NCBI GenBank assembly: GCA_010909165.1
Contig: MU008161.1
Location: forward strand, 1,488,001 to 1,552,000
DNA from: Anthoceros angustus
Taxonomy: Eukaryota > Plantae > Anthocerotophyta
DNA length: 64,000 nt
Direction: 5' to 3'
A program made the translations under genes and the position numbers. This document shows positions 13,033-28,000 of the stretch, piece by piece. The notes below the pieces were generated by a model that worked only from the letters and a program-made list of their open reading frames with translations, was not told the DNA's origin and did not search any database. Every line of letters begins with the position of its first letter. Position 1 is the stretch's first letter.

Positions 13033-16000
13033 GTAGGCTTCTGCGGTTGTGGGCGGGATGGCGGCACCCACCCTCTCCTCCTCACATGCATGAGCCAGCA
13101 GCCCTGCGGCCCATGTGTGGGGCGGTGGAGGAGGTTCCACGATCTCCTCAGAGCTCACCCGATCCTAATATGTGGAGTGAGTTGTTTCTGGTCTTATGAC
13201 CCCAAAGCCAATGCATCCTTTGTCCTCGAGGGCTTGATGCGCTTTTGCGACATGCGGAGGACCTAGCGACCCATCGCCACATAGAGAACTACCCTTGGAC
13301 TTGAAGTTCTTTCGGTGAGGAGTGTGGTGTTGGTGGACTGGACTTCCCTCTGCGAGTGCCTTCCAGCTGGGCGCACTCATGCATACCCATTTTGATGGGT
13401 GGCCATTGGGTCCTAACGATCCTGCGAGGCCTCGCGGTCCAAGCACCGAGTCAGGAGGACTTCAAGGCGTGGATGGCCAAGTTTCACTCGGCTTGACTCC
13501 ACGGTACAGGTGGCCTCGGCCTTCTCGCCCCCTCCTGGATTTCATCTCAGCGTCTTCTCTGAATTGGGCGCCAACCATGTCTTGTGGGAGGAGATGAGCG
13601 ACCTCTACATCATCGAGGCGGTGATCATGGGGTTGGGGCGGTGGTCATGTGCTTTAGGCACTGGAGGGTTTTGATAGGACTTGATGTACGAGGCCTTTAC
13701 GGTTTAGATTTGTAGGTGTCTTGGACCCGCTTCCACGATTTGACTTGACCAAATTTTGGCTTCCCTCTTTGGTGTATTCTCACCACTCGGCGATATCATG
13801 CCCACGTTTTCAACTTGGCCCTCGGTTCATGCTTGCCGCGCATCGTGTTCCCTCGTGCATTTTGGCCGCTTTTCCATTCTCCTTGGCCTTGTCAACCCCC
13901 CGGCTTTTGCCCAGCTTTCCATGTCGCGCTTGCTTATTGACAACCCATACAGTGCCTTCTTTCGGTGTGATTTGGGTCCGGAACTCGCTCTTCACGAGGT
14001 TCGTCGCTTTGATAGCGCCTCCACTTCAAGGGAATGCGGTTTCACACAAAGGTGATTCCGACGCGTCTCCACAATTTTCATGCACCATTGTCGGAAGGTC
14101 GGGAGAACTTGCAGAATGTCTGCCCATGCCTTGCTGGACCGCCGAGAGTTCTTTGGGCAGGAGGCTATTCCATGAGCCCTGCGTCATGTGTCCTGTGTGG
14201 CCCCTCCGGCCCTCACGTTTCTATCCTATCGGCGGTGATGCCCTGTCCCGTCGCCTTCCCTATCCATGTCTCATTGTCCCCGCTTGCTACGGCCCGCCCC
14301 CGTCCCGTGCCCCGCGCACCTCATGAAAAGCGTTACGAAGAGGTTAAGGGCTCTCCATGTCCACAGTGTGCCAGTGCATTCCACTCCACACCATCTCCTG
14401 CGGAGGGATCCCGTCCGCAATACAAGCACACAGGCATCACGCTCTATCGATACATGTCCGGAGGTAATTTGTACACTTCAAGCCCCTCGTCGCCATGTCC
14501 CTCGCCACTTGCATGTCCTACACAAAACATTTGTCGTCATCAAGCTGTTGGTGTTCACGGGACGGTCTTGGTGGCGTTCACTTGTCGGCAATGCTATCGG
14601 AGAGCGGTGGCACCTCCGGTGCAACATTCGCGTCTTGTGGTCCGGGGACATAGTAGTCGTTGTCGTCCTCCTCGTCTACCCCATATGCACGGGGCGGCCC
14701 TACCGAGCTCGCTCCTCCTCTGGAAGGCCTCCGCGGGGACGTGGCCTGCTATGTCATCGTCTCCCGACCTCATTTTTCTCACCCTGTGCAAGTTCCACAC
14801 CCGAACGAAAGTCGACGGCTCTGTCCTCATGGTGGGCATGAATGCTGCGTGCAAGGAATGTATGTGCCAAGGGTTCGTGGTATCCAACTCACGGCATCCT
14901 GCGGCTCCAACATGTACCTCTTATGCAGGCCCACTTCTCCTTGGCGCCCCTCCGGAAGTGCTCGATGCGCTCCTCCACCCACCCACCAACCACGCGTTAT
15001 ATGCAGCGCGCTCCCCGGAAGTTCGCAGCCGCATTCGTGAAGCACATTGCGGCAAATCCCTTCACATGACATCCGGTATCCACCTTACGATTGTGCACGA
15101 TGGCCCCGAATGAAGTTCCTCCGTTCTCTCGCCTCGCTGGTTGAGTCCTCCTCAACTAGGTTGTGCTCGCGAATCGGACGAATCCGCGGGTGCCCAAACC
15201 TCCGCCTCCGTCGCCTTGTAGATTGTTCTGCCCGCTTGTTGTCCTCGGCCGCCACGTTATGTAGTCGTTGCCCCATCTATGGCGCGTGCACCACGAAGTG
15301 GAACATGTACATCTTGTCGTCTGTTGCAACACTACGCCGTTAGCTTGCATGCGTTGTCTGCGGCTATCTCAGCGACCACCATGTGCTCCAAGTTCCGCAC
15401 ACTCACGATCCATGTGCCACATGTACATCGGTGTTAGTGTATTGCACCGCGAATCTCGCGCGACCTCATTTCCATGGCCTCCTGCATGGCTCGCAATCTG
15501 CCGTCACACCTCACAGGCACGAGCACGGCCCCGCGGTCTTGCTGCACAATCCTCACTCCCAGTTCACACCACGCGTGATGGTCACATTTTGTAGGATGAG
15601 GTTGCGGGCGTCTTCTATTGTTCTCGGCGGACCGTGGCGCCTCTCCATCCACAGGCACCGTGCCGGCCACCTCCTCAACGTCGCGGTGCACATCCCGGCT
15701 CGCTGCGAGCCCTTTCAATGTCCGTCCGCCCTCCTCCGCCCCTGCGATGTTCCTCAAAGTCTCCACTTGAAGGCGCTGCCGTTCCTTCCCTCTCCCGCGC
15801 CCTCTGTTTGATGTCGAGGGCTCTGATCGTCTCCACCTCCCACTTCGCTTTCCTCCCCTTCCTCCATCGGATCCCCCCCCTCCGTCCTCTCGCGCCTCGG
15901 CCTCCATCTCCCCTTGCAGCCGCCCCATCTCCCCTCCGCCCGCCCACCACGCCCGCCCACCCGCCGCCCCTCCGCCCCTCCACCCATCCTCTCATGCCCG

Positions 16001-19000
16001 GCCCCTCCGCCTCGCCTCGCACGCTCTGGGCCCTCGGCCCGCCCGTCCCTCCCTCCCGGTTCCGCAGGCCCCTCCCCTTCCTCCCACCGCGCGCCCGCCC
16101 ACCCACCCATGGTCGGCCTCACCAACACCCCTCAGCCCCTCACCTGCCATCCTCTCATTGCCACTGCCCGGCCCCTCCGCCCTCCTCCGCCCCTCTGGGC
16201 CCTCGGCCCGCCCCTCCCGTCCCTCCCTCCGGTTCCACGGCCCGCCCCTCCCCTTCCTCCCACCGCGCCCCCCACGGCCACCCACCCGCCCGTCACTCGC
16301 ACCGGATGGCGCTCACGGCCCCGCCTCCGCCCCTTCCTCCTTCCCGCTCCGCGCCTCGCCGCCCCTCGCCGTCCCTCCTCCGCCCGCCCCTCGCCTCTCC
16401 GCTCCCCTCCTTCCCTCTCCCGCGCCTCGGCCCGCCCCTCCGTCCCTCCATCCAACCCCATCGTCCGACCCGTTCACGCCATCCACCCGCCCCTCGTCAT
16501 CACCCTCATCTCCCCTCCTTCCCCACACGCCGTCTTCGCCCCTCATCGCCGCCCCCACTCCGCGCCCTCGTCAACCGCCATGCAGGCAACCCGCCCCTTG
16601 GTTCTGCCGGCATGATCATTGCGGTGTTTGGCGTACTCGGGCCTATCCTCACTGCCCTCGCCGTTGCGTGGTCTCCGGCGGGATTCACTACTTGGAGCAG
16701 CGGTCGGGTTCGCCGAGCACGCCACTTGTTCCATCGACAATCGTGGTTTCCCTCATCTCGGTATGTCGAATAATTCCGCTTTCACGCCACCAATTTGTTT
16801 CATGAAATGAGCGTCATGTGCCTTATTCACTTGACGCTTTGGGTTGCCGGACATTTATTAGGACATTCATGCACCTTGCTTCTTTCCACAAATCCACGAT
16901 ACAATGTTTGACAAATACCGACCCCACCATTATTCCTCGCCTTTCCACCCCACAACTCTCGGTGATAGGCCCTGTGTGTGCGTTGAAGAGAAACACGAGA
17001 CTCTTTGTAGCAACACTCGGAATTTCGGGCTCCCATATCTGCGTGCTCGAGGATGGCGTGAGCGCACAAAGCCTCCTCTTGACAAGAAGCTCACCTTGTC
17101 CACGTACAAGACATACGCGATCTGGTTGTCAAGGAGAAAGCGGCGACATTGCGACCGGCACCCCTCGTCGACTCCAGCGGGCAATTGTCATTCGCCGCCG
17201 ATCGCGCATGCCATCGCCAACATGCCCATGTAGTCCGCCCGGTCCACACATCTAAGCGGGCGTCATGGCGGTCCATACGGTATGCACAGTGTCACATCCC
17301 CACTCCACCCCACCAGCGCCCCGCGCAGTGCGCGCGCTCCTTTTGGTAGGATGCATGGCGATCCGCGATTCCGATCGAGCATCGTGTCCACCGTCGCATG
17401 GTACACGTGGGTCGCGATCGAACCACCCACGTACACAGTCGACCATCGTCACCAAGCACGCGACCACATTGCATCCGCCTCACCACACCACCATTGCGCA
17501 CTCTTACGAGCGCGGCCAACTCCATCGCCGCATCCCCTTCTCCTTCCGTGTTGGACCCGCCCCAACCCACCAATCCGCCGTGGCCGAGGCTCCTTGTTCT
17601 TCGCAGCCTCCGCAATTCAAATGTGTCCATGTGCTGAAATAGATACCCTCGGTGCATGTCGCAACCCACTGCGTCCACAATGCATTGCCCACCTCTCATC
17701 CGGAGCATCCTCCACTGCATGGTTCCATCCGCACGCACAAAACCACCCACGAGTCCAAGCCCGCAGCCCTTGTCTCCTCCGATGCCTCGAAGACATGCGC
17801 CACCATGTCCCGTCCATCCGCTATGCGACGTGCGAATGTCGTCCGGCAAGCGTTACTGCGAACGGCATGGACGGCGAGATGATGTCGGCGTCCTCTACCC
17901 GGTCGTCCGCGAACGCCCGCCCCGCCATCGTCGTCCACGCTCGTGTCCTCGTTCGTTCGCGGATCGCGCTGCTGTGGCCCCATCCTGCAAAAACAACGCG
18001 CACGAGCCCGCCGCCTTTGCGGTGCGCGCATGCTCCTTTTATTTGTAGGATGCATGGCGATCCGATTCAGTCGAGCATCGTGTCCACCACCGTCGCATGG
18101 TACACGTGGGTCGCGATCGAACCCGCGTACACGGTCGACCATCGTCACCAAGCACGCGACATTGCATCCGCCTCACCACACCACCATTGCGCACTCTTGA
18201 CGCGGCCAACTCCATCGCCTTGCATCCCCTTCTCCTTCCGTGTTGGACGCCCCAACCCACCAATCCGCCGTGGAGGCTCCTTGTTCTTCGCAGGCCTCCG
18301 CAATTCAAATGTGTCCATGTCTGAAATAGATACCCTCGGTGCATGTCGCAACCCTGCTCGTCCACAATCTGCATTGCCCACCTCTCATCTGGAGCATCCT
18401 CCACTTCTGGCATGGTTCCATCCCGTGCACGCACCAAAACCACCCACGAGTCCAAGCCCGCAGCCCTTGTCTCCTCCAGTCTGCCCTCGAAGATATGCGC
18501 CACCATGTCCCCAGTCCATCCGCTCTGCAGACGTGCCCGAATGTCGTCCGGTAAGCGTTCTGCGAACACTGGGCATGGACGGCAGATGATGTCGACGTCT
18601 TCTACCGCGGTCATCACTGCGGAACGCGCGCCCCCTGCTTCGCCATCGTCGTCCCACGCTCCGTGTCCCTCGTTCGTTCCGCCCAACGGATCCGCCGCGC
18701 CTGCCTGTGTGGCCCCCATCCTGCAAAAACAACCGCGCATCAGAGCCACCGCCGCCTTCTTCGTTCCATGCTCAATGATTCCCCATCCCCCTCCTTTCCT
18801 TAGCCTTTGCGCCCCAACCCCAACCCGGTTCACGCCCGCTCTCACGGGTCTTGCCAGAGGACCGCGATTGAAGTTCCCGATGTCCCTTCACCCGAGGTTC
18901 GTCGACTTGTTGTCGCGCCCTCGGCGTCGTCGGAAGCGGTGGTCTTGCTCTGCCCGATGGACCATGGCTCCACGATTTCCACAACTCGGGTCGCGGGAGA

Positions 19001-22000
19001 ATGGAGTGTCCCTCAGCGGCGGCGCATGGACTCTTCCCTTCCGCTTGAAATTGAATAAGGCGGGCATCGCGATTTTCGGAGGCACCGCAGGCGCGATGTC
19101 ATTGCTCCTGCCACACTTTTAAGATTCCGCCGCGCCGCCACGCGTTGTCCTTCTCGACCGCGGGTGCATTAATTCGCCTCCTTTTGTGTGCACAAGCTAC
19201 CTCCTTACATACTCTGGCGAACCGACCAATGAACACGCAACTTGCGCTCATCAATAATTACCAATGGGATGGCATTTGAAACATGTAGTCCACAATCCCA
19301 ATGAACATCACACATCACACAACGACTTGGCCACCTCTCTACAACGGCTCGGCAATCTCGCTAGGCCATGCCATAAACCGTGTTGTGAGAAATGGCGGTC
19401 GGCACCCTCGCGCACATAGTGTCCTCGAGTCATACAATGGAAGGAGCAATGTCCTGCGTCATGGCTGTGGGGGCTGTCCTCCGTCATCAATGGTACTTCA
19501 AACACCACAATTGGCGCCCCTCACCAAAGAACACGCGGTCCGTAATGAAGGTGTCTGACCGCTCTGTCGCAAAGACAACCTACGCCTTGTCGTGGCGAAC
19601 ATGGTCTTCGCTCGGTGCATGCCTCAAAGGTCGTCCGTTCGGAAGTTATCTGGCATCCTTGAGCACCGGAGAAAAAGCGACCACCTCCAAAGATAACGTG
19701 TTCACAATGGGCATCACCGCCCGGCGTCATGCACCACAAGTCGAACCCGTCCCCACAAGCCCCAACATGCAAGCACTTTTAAACAAGACCTCCTCGGTTA
19801 GCCTCTCGACCATGCTCACCTCCATGCCAAGTGCGGTCCCCGAAGGCGTGCAAAATGTCGAAAAACTCCGGATCCCAGTAGTGATGAGGGCAACGGCCTC
19901 CTTGATGGCCGCATCTTGTCCGCACTTGCCCATGAGGCCTTCTTGACATAGACAACACACCCATCACCTCCGGGTAGCACGCTTTCATGTCCGCCTTGAA
20001 GGCCTTCCTCAAGAACGATGAGCCGGCGCATCTTGCCACACCTTGCGTCCATCCGGGCGCCAAGGGCGTGTGCAATTGGCCTCACCAAAGAACACGCGGT
20101 CCGTAATGAAGGTGTCTGACTTGCTCTGTCGCAAAGACAACCTACGCCGCGGCGAACATGGTCTTATTTCGGTGCATGCCTCAAAGGTCGTCCCGTTCAG
20201 GAAGTTATCTGCTGTACATCCTTGAGCACCGGAGAAAAAGCGACCACCTCAAAGATAACGTGTTCACAATGGGCATCACCGCGTCAAGCTGCACCACAAG
20301 TCGAACCCGTCCCCCACAAGCCCCAACATGCAAGCACTTTTAAACAAGACCTCCTCGGTTAGCCTCTCTGGACCATGCTCACCTCCATGCCAAGTGCGGT
20401 CCCGGGAGCGTGCAAAATGTCGAAAAACTCCGGATCCCAGTAGTGATGAGGGCAACGGCCTCCTTGATGGCCGCATCTTGCCGGTCCGCACTTGCCCATG
20501 AGGCCTTCTTGACATAGACAACACACCCATCACCTCCGGGTAGCACGCTTTCATGTTTGAAGGCCTTCCTCAAGAACGATGAGCCGGCGCATCTTGCCAC
20601 ACCCGCGTCCATCCGCGCCAAGGCGTGTGCAATTGTGGTCATGGGGCATGACACTTCGCACTTCGCCCGGTACAGGTAGCCAAAGAACCGAGCACGTGAG
20701 TCGAGGCTGCGTGTTAGAATGAAAGGCTGCGGGCTATGATGAACACTCCACACACGCGACTCACCACACAATCGCTCATCCGCGAGATGGACTTCCCTTT
20801 TGATGTGGTGCGGTGTCCCGAGCCCCGGGGTTGTCCCTCGCCTCAAACACGCAGTTCATGAACATGGGATTACGCGGTGCCGCCATGCCTCGCCGTCGTG
20901 GCGAGTCGGCCTTCACCGTCTCGCCTCGGCAAACTACCCCCATGCCGGGTTGCGTCTTGGACATGGCAGGTAGAACCAGACTTCCCATCACAATGTTGCT
21001 TGAAGAGGTCGTCAGGCCCGCATTCTGCCGGCCTCTACATCATAAGCGATCGGAAAGTGGCCATGGCGGCGTATCTTGGGCACTTCAATTCTTGAATGGC
21101 AATAGGCGCAGGAGGTCCTACCTTCAGACAATCCGCCTCTTACAGGCGTCTTTGCTGCGTGGATGGGCTCCAGTGGTATTTGTGAGGCGAACCGGCGCAT
21201 AGCGGAGTTGGCGGCATCGTGGGCCTCTTGCGCCACTTCCGTAAACCGCCCGGCGTCCCTCACACGCTCGCCGGCGGCGCTCTCTTCCATTCTCGGTGGC
21301 CGTGCGGGCAGCGCTCCTCATCAGCAGTGGCGGAGGTTGGTTGTGGCCCATGTCTCCGGCAAGTCCTCGGGCTCTATGGCCCCAGATCGAGGCGGGTCTC
21401 GTCTTCCAGCGGCTTCAAGAGCCTCGCGCGGGCGAGTGCGATCGGCGATGAAGCCTTCTGCCCGACATCGTAAAGCTCCAACCCGGACGCCGGCGCGGCA
21501 ACCCCTCCGTGTCATCCGATGTCCGCCTTCTCCATAATCGAGTGCACTTGGTCAACACCGCGTGGTCCGGATTCCCCATCCTGCACTCTCTCTCGCGCCT
21601 CGCGGATGTCGAAAACATCTTGGCCTCACGCTCGCGCATTCCGTTCGCATGGGAGATGGTGGCGGCTTTCTTCGCAGCCCTCGGAGGGCAGGCGGCGCCA
21701 TGCCGCAACCCCGCTCGTATGTTTCGGAATCGGCCGCCGATGGCGGATGGCGGCTGCGTTCCACCGCCGATGCTCCGGGGGCCGTCATCTCGAGCGGCCG
21801 GAGGGCGCCGCCCTTTCATCTGAATCGTCAATGACTACGAAGGCCCCTGCGATTACCTGTGTGAGGTCGGCGATGGCAAGCCACTTGGTCAAGTCGGATC
21901 TCGTCCGGCCGAGATCGAGGGCCGGGTCTCGTCTTCCAGCGGCTTCAAGAGCCTCGCGCCAGTGCGATCGGCGATGAAGCCTTCTCGCACGACATCGTAA

Positions 22001-25000
22001 AGCTCCAACCCGGACGCCACCAGCGCGGCAACCCCTCCGTGTCTATCCGATGTCCCGCCTTCTCCATAATCGAGTGCACCCGGTCAACACCGCGGCGTGG
22101 TCCGGATTCCCCATCCTCTCTCTCGCCTCGCGGATGTCGAAAACATCTTGGCCTCACGCGCTCGCGCATTCCGTTCAGCGCATGGGAGATGGTGGCGGCT
22201 TTCTTCGCAGCCTCCGAGGAGGGCAGGCGGGCCATGCCGCAACCCCGCTCGTATGTTTGAATCCGCGATGGCGGATGGCTGCGATCGCAGCGTTCCCGCC
22301 GATGCTCCAATGCGCCGTCCATCTCGGGCGGCCGGCCGGGCCTTTCATCATCGCGTCAATGACTACGAAGGCCCCACTGCGGTGCACTTGTGCGAGGTCG
22401 GCGATCGCCACAAACCACTTGGTGTCGGATCTCGGTCGAGAGATCGAGTCTGTCCGTCCACCACTTGTGTGCACGCGTCATCTCGTCAATCCGCTTCCCG
22501 CGCCGCTCCTTCCTCCTCTTCCAAGACCCACACTTTTCTCGGTAGTTGCGGACCATGAGCGGCGTCATGGCGTGGGGGCTGTCCTCCGTCATCAATGGTA
22601 CTTCAAACACCACAATTGGCGCCCCTCACCAAAGAACACGCGGTCCGTAATGAAGGTGTCTGACCGCTCATCGCAAAGACAACCTACGCCCGTCGGCGAA
22701 CATGGTCTTTTTCGGTGCATGCCTCAAAGGTCGTCCGTTCGAGGAAGTTATCTGTACATCCTTGAGCACCGGAGAAAAAGCGACCACCTCAAAGATAACG
22801 TGTTCACAATGGGCATCACCGTCAAAAGTGCACCACAAGTCTGAACCCGTCCCAAGCCCCAACATGCAAGCACTTTTAAACAAGACCTCCTCGGTTAGCC
22901 TCTCTGGACCATGCTCACCTCCATGCCAAGTGCGGTCCCGGACGTGCGTGCAAAATGTCGAAAAACTCCGGATCCCAGTAGTGATGAGGGCAACGGCCTC
23001 CTTGATGGCCATCGCCGTCACTTGCCCATGAGGCCTTCTTCATAGACAACACACCCATCACCTCCGGGTAGCACGCTTTCATGTCCGCCTTGAAGGCCTT
23101 CCTCAAGAACGATGAGCCGCGCATCTTGCCACACCACGCCCTTCCATCCATCGCGCCAAGGGCGTGTGCAATTGTGGCCACGTCATGGGGCATGACACTT
23201 GCACGCCGCACCATGTACAGGTAGCCAAAGAACCGAGCACGTGAGTCGAGGCACTGCGTGTTAGAATGAAAGGCTGCAGGCTATGATGAACACTCCACAC
23301 ACGCGACTCACCACACAATCGCTCATCCGCGAGATGGACTTCCCTTTTGATGTGGTGCGGTGTCCCGAGCCCCGGGGTTGTCCCTCGCCTCAAACACGCG
23401 GTTCATGAACATGGGATTACGCGGTGCCGCCATGCCTCGCCGATGCGTCGAGTCGGCCCTCAGCCGTCTCGCCTCGGCAAACTACCCCCATGCCGGGTTG
23501 CGTCTTGGACATGGGAAGAACAGACTTCCCATCACAATGTTGCTTGAAGAGGTCGTCGGGGCCCGCATTGCCGGCCTCTACATCACCCGCGATCGGAAAG
23601 TGGCCATGGCGGTAGCGTATCTTGGGCACTTCAATTCTTGAATGGCAATAGGCGCAGGAGGTCCTACCTTCACAATCCGCCTCTTACAGGCGTCTTTGCT
23701 GCGTGGATGGGCTCCAGTGGTATTTGTGAGGCGAACGCATAGCGGAGTTGGCGGCATCGTGGGCCTCTTGCGCCACTTCCGTGGCGCTGACGTCTCCCTC
23801 ACAAGTCGCCCGAGCGGGGCGCTCTCTTCCATTCTCGGTGGCCGTGCAGCGCGGCAACTCCTCCTCATCAGCAGTGGCGGAGGTTGGTTGTGGCCCATGT
23901 CTCCGGCAAGTCCTCGGGCTCTATGGCCCCGAGATCGAGGGCCGGGTCTCGTCTTCCAGCTTCAAGAGCCTCGCGCGTGCGATCGGCGATGAAGCCTTCT
24001 CCATCGACATCGTAAAGCTCCAACCCGGACGCCACCACCGCGGCAACCCCTCCGTGTCTATCCGTGTCCTCGCCTTCTCCATAATCGAGTGCACTTGCGC
24101 AGCTGTGGTCCGGATTCCCCATCCTGCACTCTCTCGCGCCTCGCGCGGATGTCGAAAACATCTTGGCCTCACGCTCGCGCATTCCGTTCGCATGGGAGAT
24201 GGTGGCGGCTTTCTTCGCAGCCTCCGGAGGAGGGCAGGCGGCGCCATGCCGCAACCCCGCTCGTATGTTTCGGAATCGGCCGCCGATGGCGGATGGCGGC
24301 TGCGTTCCACCGCCGATGCTCCGGGGGCCGTCATCTCGAGCGGCCGGAGGGCGCCGCCTTTCATCTGAATCGTCAATGACTACGAAGGCCCCTGCGATTA
24401 CCTGTGTGAGGTCGGCGATGGCAAGCCACTTGGTCAAGTCGGATCTCGTCCGGCCGAGATCGAGGGCCGGGTCTCGTCTTCCAGCTTCAAGAGCCTCGCC
24501 CGGTAGTCACGATCGGCGATGAAGCCTTCTCATCGACATCGTAAAGCTCCAACCGGGCCAGCACCACGCGCCCCTCCGTGTCCGGTGTCCTGCCCTTCTC
24601 CATAATCGAGTGCACGGTCAACACCGCGGTGTCCGGATTCCCCATCCTGCACTCTCTCGCGCCTCGCGGATGTCGAAAACATCTTGGCCTCACGCTCGCG
24701 CATTCCGTTCGCATGGGAGATGGTGGCGGCTTTCTTCGCAGCCTCCGGAGGAGCGGGTGCCATGCCGCAACCGCTCGTATGTTTGACAATCACGCCGATG
24801 GCGGGATGCTGCGATGCGTTCCACCGCCGATGCTCCAATGAGCGGCCGTCCATCTCGAAGAGGCCGGAGCGCCGCGTCACTTTCATCTGCGAATCAATGA
24901 CTACGAAGGCCCCACTGCGATTGCTGTGTCCGAGGTCGATGGCGCTGACCACTTGGTCGTCGGATCTCGGTCCGGCCGGAGATCGAGTCTGTCCGTCCAC

Positions 25001-28000
25001 CACTTGTGTGCACGCGTCATCTCGTCAATCCGCTTCCCGCGCCGCTCCTTCCTCCTCTTCCAAGACCCACACTTTTCTCGGTAGTTGCGGACCATGAGCG
25101 GCGTCATCGGGATCGGGATCCCGGACATACACCTTGCAAAAGCGTTAGCGCTCGTGATGCGGTGCTAGGCGGGTCATCGTGAGGAGGCAGCGGCGGCTGC
25201 GGGCTGCACCTTCGTTGCGCTCGATGAAGCAACCAGGCCCAAATTGCGGGAAGGCGGAAGAGGCGCCACCGGTCCACGAGTGCGGCGGCCACGGTCCAGT
25301 TCAAACTCACCGTCATACCTCGCTCCACGGGCATGGCGGCGTGCGGCAACTCCTCCTCATCAGCAGTGGCGGAGGTTGGTTGTGGCCCATGTCTCCGGCA
25401 AGTCCTCGGGCTCTATGGCCCCGAGATCGAGGCGGGTCTCGTCTTCCAGCGGCTTCAAGAGCCTCGCCCAGGCGGTGCGATCGGCGATGAAGCCTTCTCA
25501 TCGACATCGTAAAGCTCCAACCCGGGGCCACCGCCGCAACCCCTCCGTGTCGATGTCCCTCGCCTTCTCCATAATCGAGTGCACTTGGTCAACACCGCAG
25601 CGTGGTCCGGATTCCCCATCCTGCACTCTCTCTCGCGCCTCGCGCGGATGTCGAAAACATCTTGGCCTCACGCTCGCGCATTCCGTTCGCATGGGAGATG
25701 GTGGCGGCTTTCTTCGCAGCCTCCGGGAGGCGAGCGGGCCATGCCGCAACCGCCGCTCGTATGTTTCGACAATCGGCCGATGGCGGATGCTGCGATGCGT
25801 TCCACCGCCTTTGGATGCTCCAATGAGCGGCCGTCCATCTCGGGCCGGCGGGCCGTCCTTTCATCTGCGAATCGTCAATGACTACGAAGGCCCCTGCGAT
25901 TGCGTGTGCCCGGTCGGCGATGCCACAAAGCCACTTGGTGTCGGATCTCGTCCGGAGATCGAGTCTGTCCGTCCACCACTTGTGTGCACGTCATCTCCGT
26001 CAATCCGCTTCCCGCACGCTCCTTCCTCCTCTTCCAAGACCGCTTTTCTGGCGGACCATGAGCGTCATCGGGATACGGGATCCCGGACATACCTGCAAAA
26101 GCGTTAGCGCTCGTGATGCGGTGCTGGGAGCGAGGCGGGTCATCGAGGAGGCTGCGTCGGCGGCTGCTGCACCTTCGTTGCGCTCGATGAAGCAACCAGG
26201 CCCAAATCTGCGGGAAGGCGGAAGAGGCGCCACCGGTCCACGAGTGCGGCGGCCACGGTCCGGTTCAAACTCGGCATCATACCTCGCTCCACGGGCATGG
26301 CGGTGCGTGCAACTCCACCATGCGATCTGCGGCAATCCTCGACAAAGCGCCTCCCCATCGCCTCGGTCCTAAGTGGATGGCCTCGTAAATGCGATTCTGC
26401 GGAACCGTAATAGAGCTTCTTCATGTGCACCCCCGCGCGCCGCCCTCTGCCGTCTCCCCGGGAACCATAATCGGGTGATTGCGGCGTTGTGTGAGGGGAT
26501 GTTTCCCATTGCCGCACGTTGCAGTTCGCCGTGGAGGAACGTGCACCCCACCCTCACCCGGAAGGTACTGCTCGGTCGCGCCAGGCGTCGCCCTCGATGC
26601 CGCCGCCAAGGTCGCGCACTGGCCGGTGTCGCACACCGGAGGGCCTTGCGGATTGCCTCGCGCCGTGAATTCTAGCGTGCGGAGGCTTGGAAACGCGATG
26701 AGGCCGACCTTGGCGGTGGGGATTTGACGAAGACATTTGCATCCTCGTCGTCGGAGTTCACCCAATCTCCGAGAATGTCACCGCCATCGCATTGCGGCGC
26801 GGAGGCGCTCCTCCTCATCAGCAGTGGCGGAGGTTGGTTGTGGCCCATGTCTCCAAGTCCTCGGGCTCTATGGCCCCGAGATCGAGGGCCGGGTCTCGTC
26901 TTCCAGCTTCAAGAGCCTCGCCCGGTAGTCACGATCGGCGATGAAGCCTTCTCATCGACATCGTAAAGCTCCAACCGGGCCAGCACCACGCGCCCCTCCG
27001 TGTCCGGTGTCCTGCCCTTCTCCATAATCGAGTGCACGGTCAACACCGCGGTGTCCGGATTCCCCATCCTGCACTCTCTCGCGCCTCGCGGATGTCGAAA
27101 ACATCTTGGCCTCACGCTCGCGCATTCCGTTCGCATGGGAGATGGTGGCGGCTTTCTTCGCAGCCTCCGGAGGAGCGGGTGCCATGCCGCAACCGCTCGT
27201 ATGTTTGACAATCACGCCGATGGCGGGATGCTGCGATGCGTTCCACCGCCGATGCTCCAATGAGCGGCCGTCCATCTCGAAGAGGCCGGAGCGCCGCGTC
27301 ACTTTCATCTGCGAATCAATGACTACGAAGGCCCCACTGCGATTGCTGTGTCCGAGGTCGATGGCGCTGACCACTTGGTCGTCGGATCTCGGTCCGGCCG
27401 GAGATCGAGTCTGTCCGTCCACGCACGTCATCTCGTCAAAATCCGCTTCCCGCGCCGCTCCTTCCTCCTCTTCCAAGACCCACACTTTTCTCGGTAGTTG
27501 CGGACCATGAGCAGCGTCATCGGGATACGGGATCCCGGACATACAAAGCGCACCTTGCAAAAGCGTTAGCGCTCGTGATGCAATGCTGCGGGAAGGCGGG
27601 TCATCTGTGAGGCTGATCAGTGGCGGACCACAGTTCTCGATGAAACAACGGGGCCCAAATTGCTGCGGGAAGGCGGGCGCCACCGGTCCACGAGTGCACA
27701 GCCTGTCCCAGTTCAAACTCGAGAACCGTCATACCTCGCTCCCACGGGCATGGCGGGTGCGTGCAACTCCACCATGCGATCTGCTGCGGCAATCCTCGAC
27801 AAAGCGCCTCCCCATCGCCTCGGTCCTAAGTGGATGGCCTCGTAAATGCGATTCTGCGGGCGTAATAGAGCTTCTTCATGTGCGACCTGCGCCTTTGCCC
27901 GGGCCCGCCCTCTGCCGTCTCCCCGGGAACCATAATCGGGTGATTGCGCGTTGTGTGAGGGGATGTTTCCCATTGCCGCACGCGTTGCGGGTTCCGGCGC

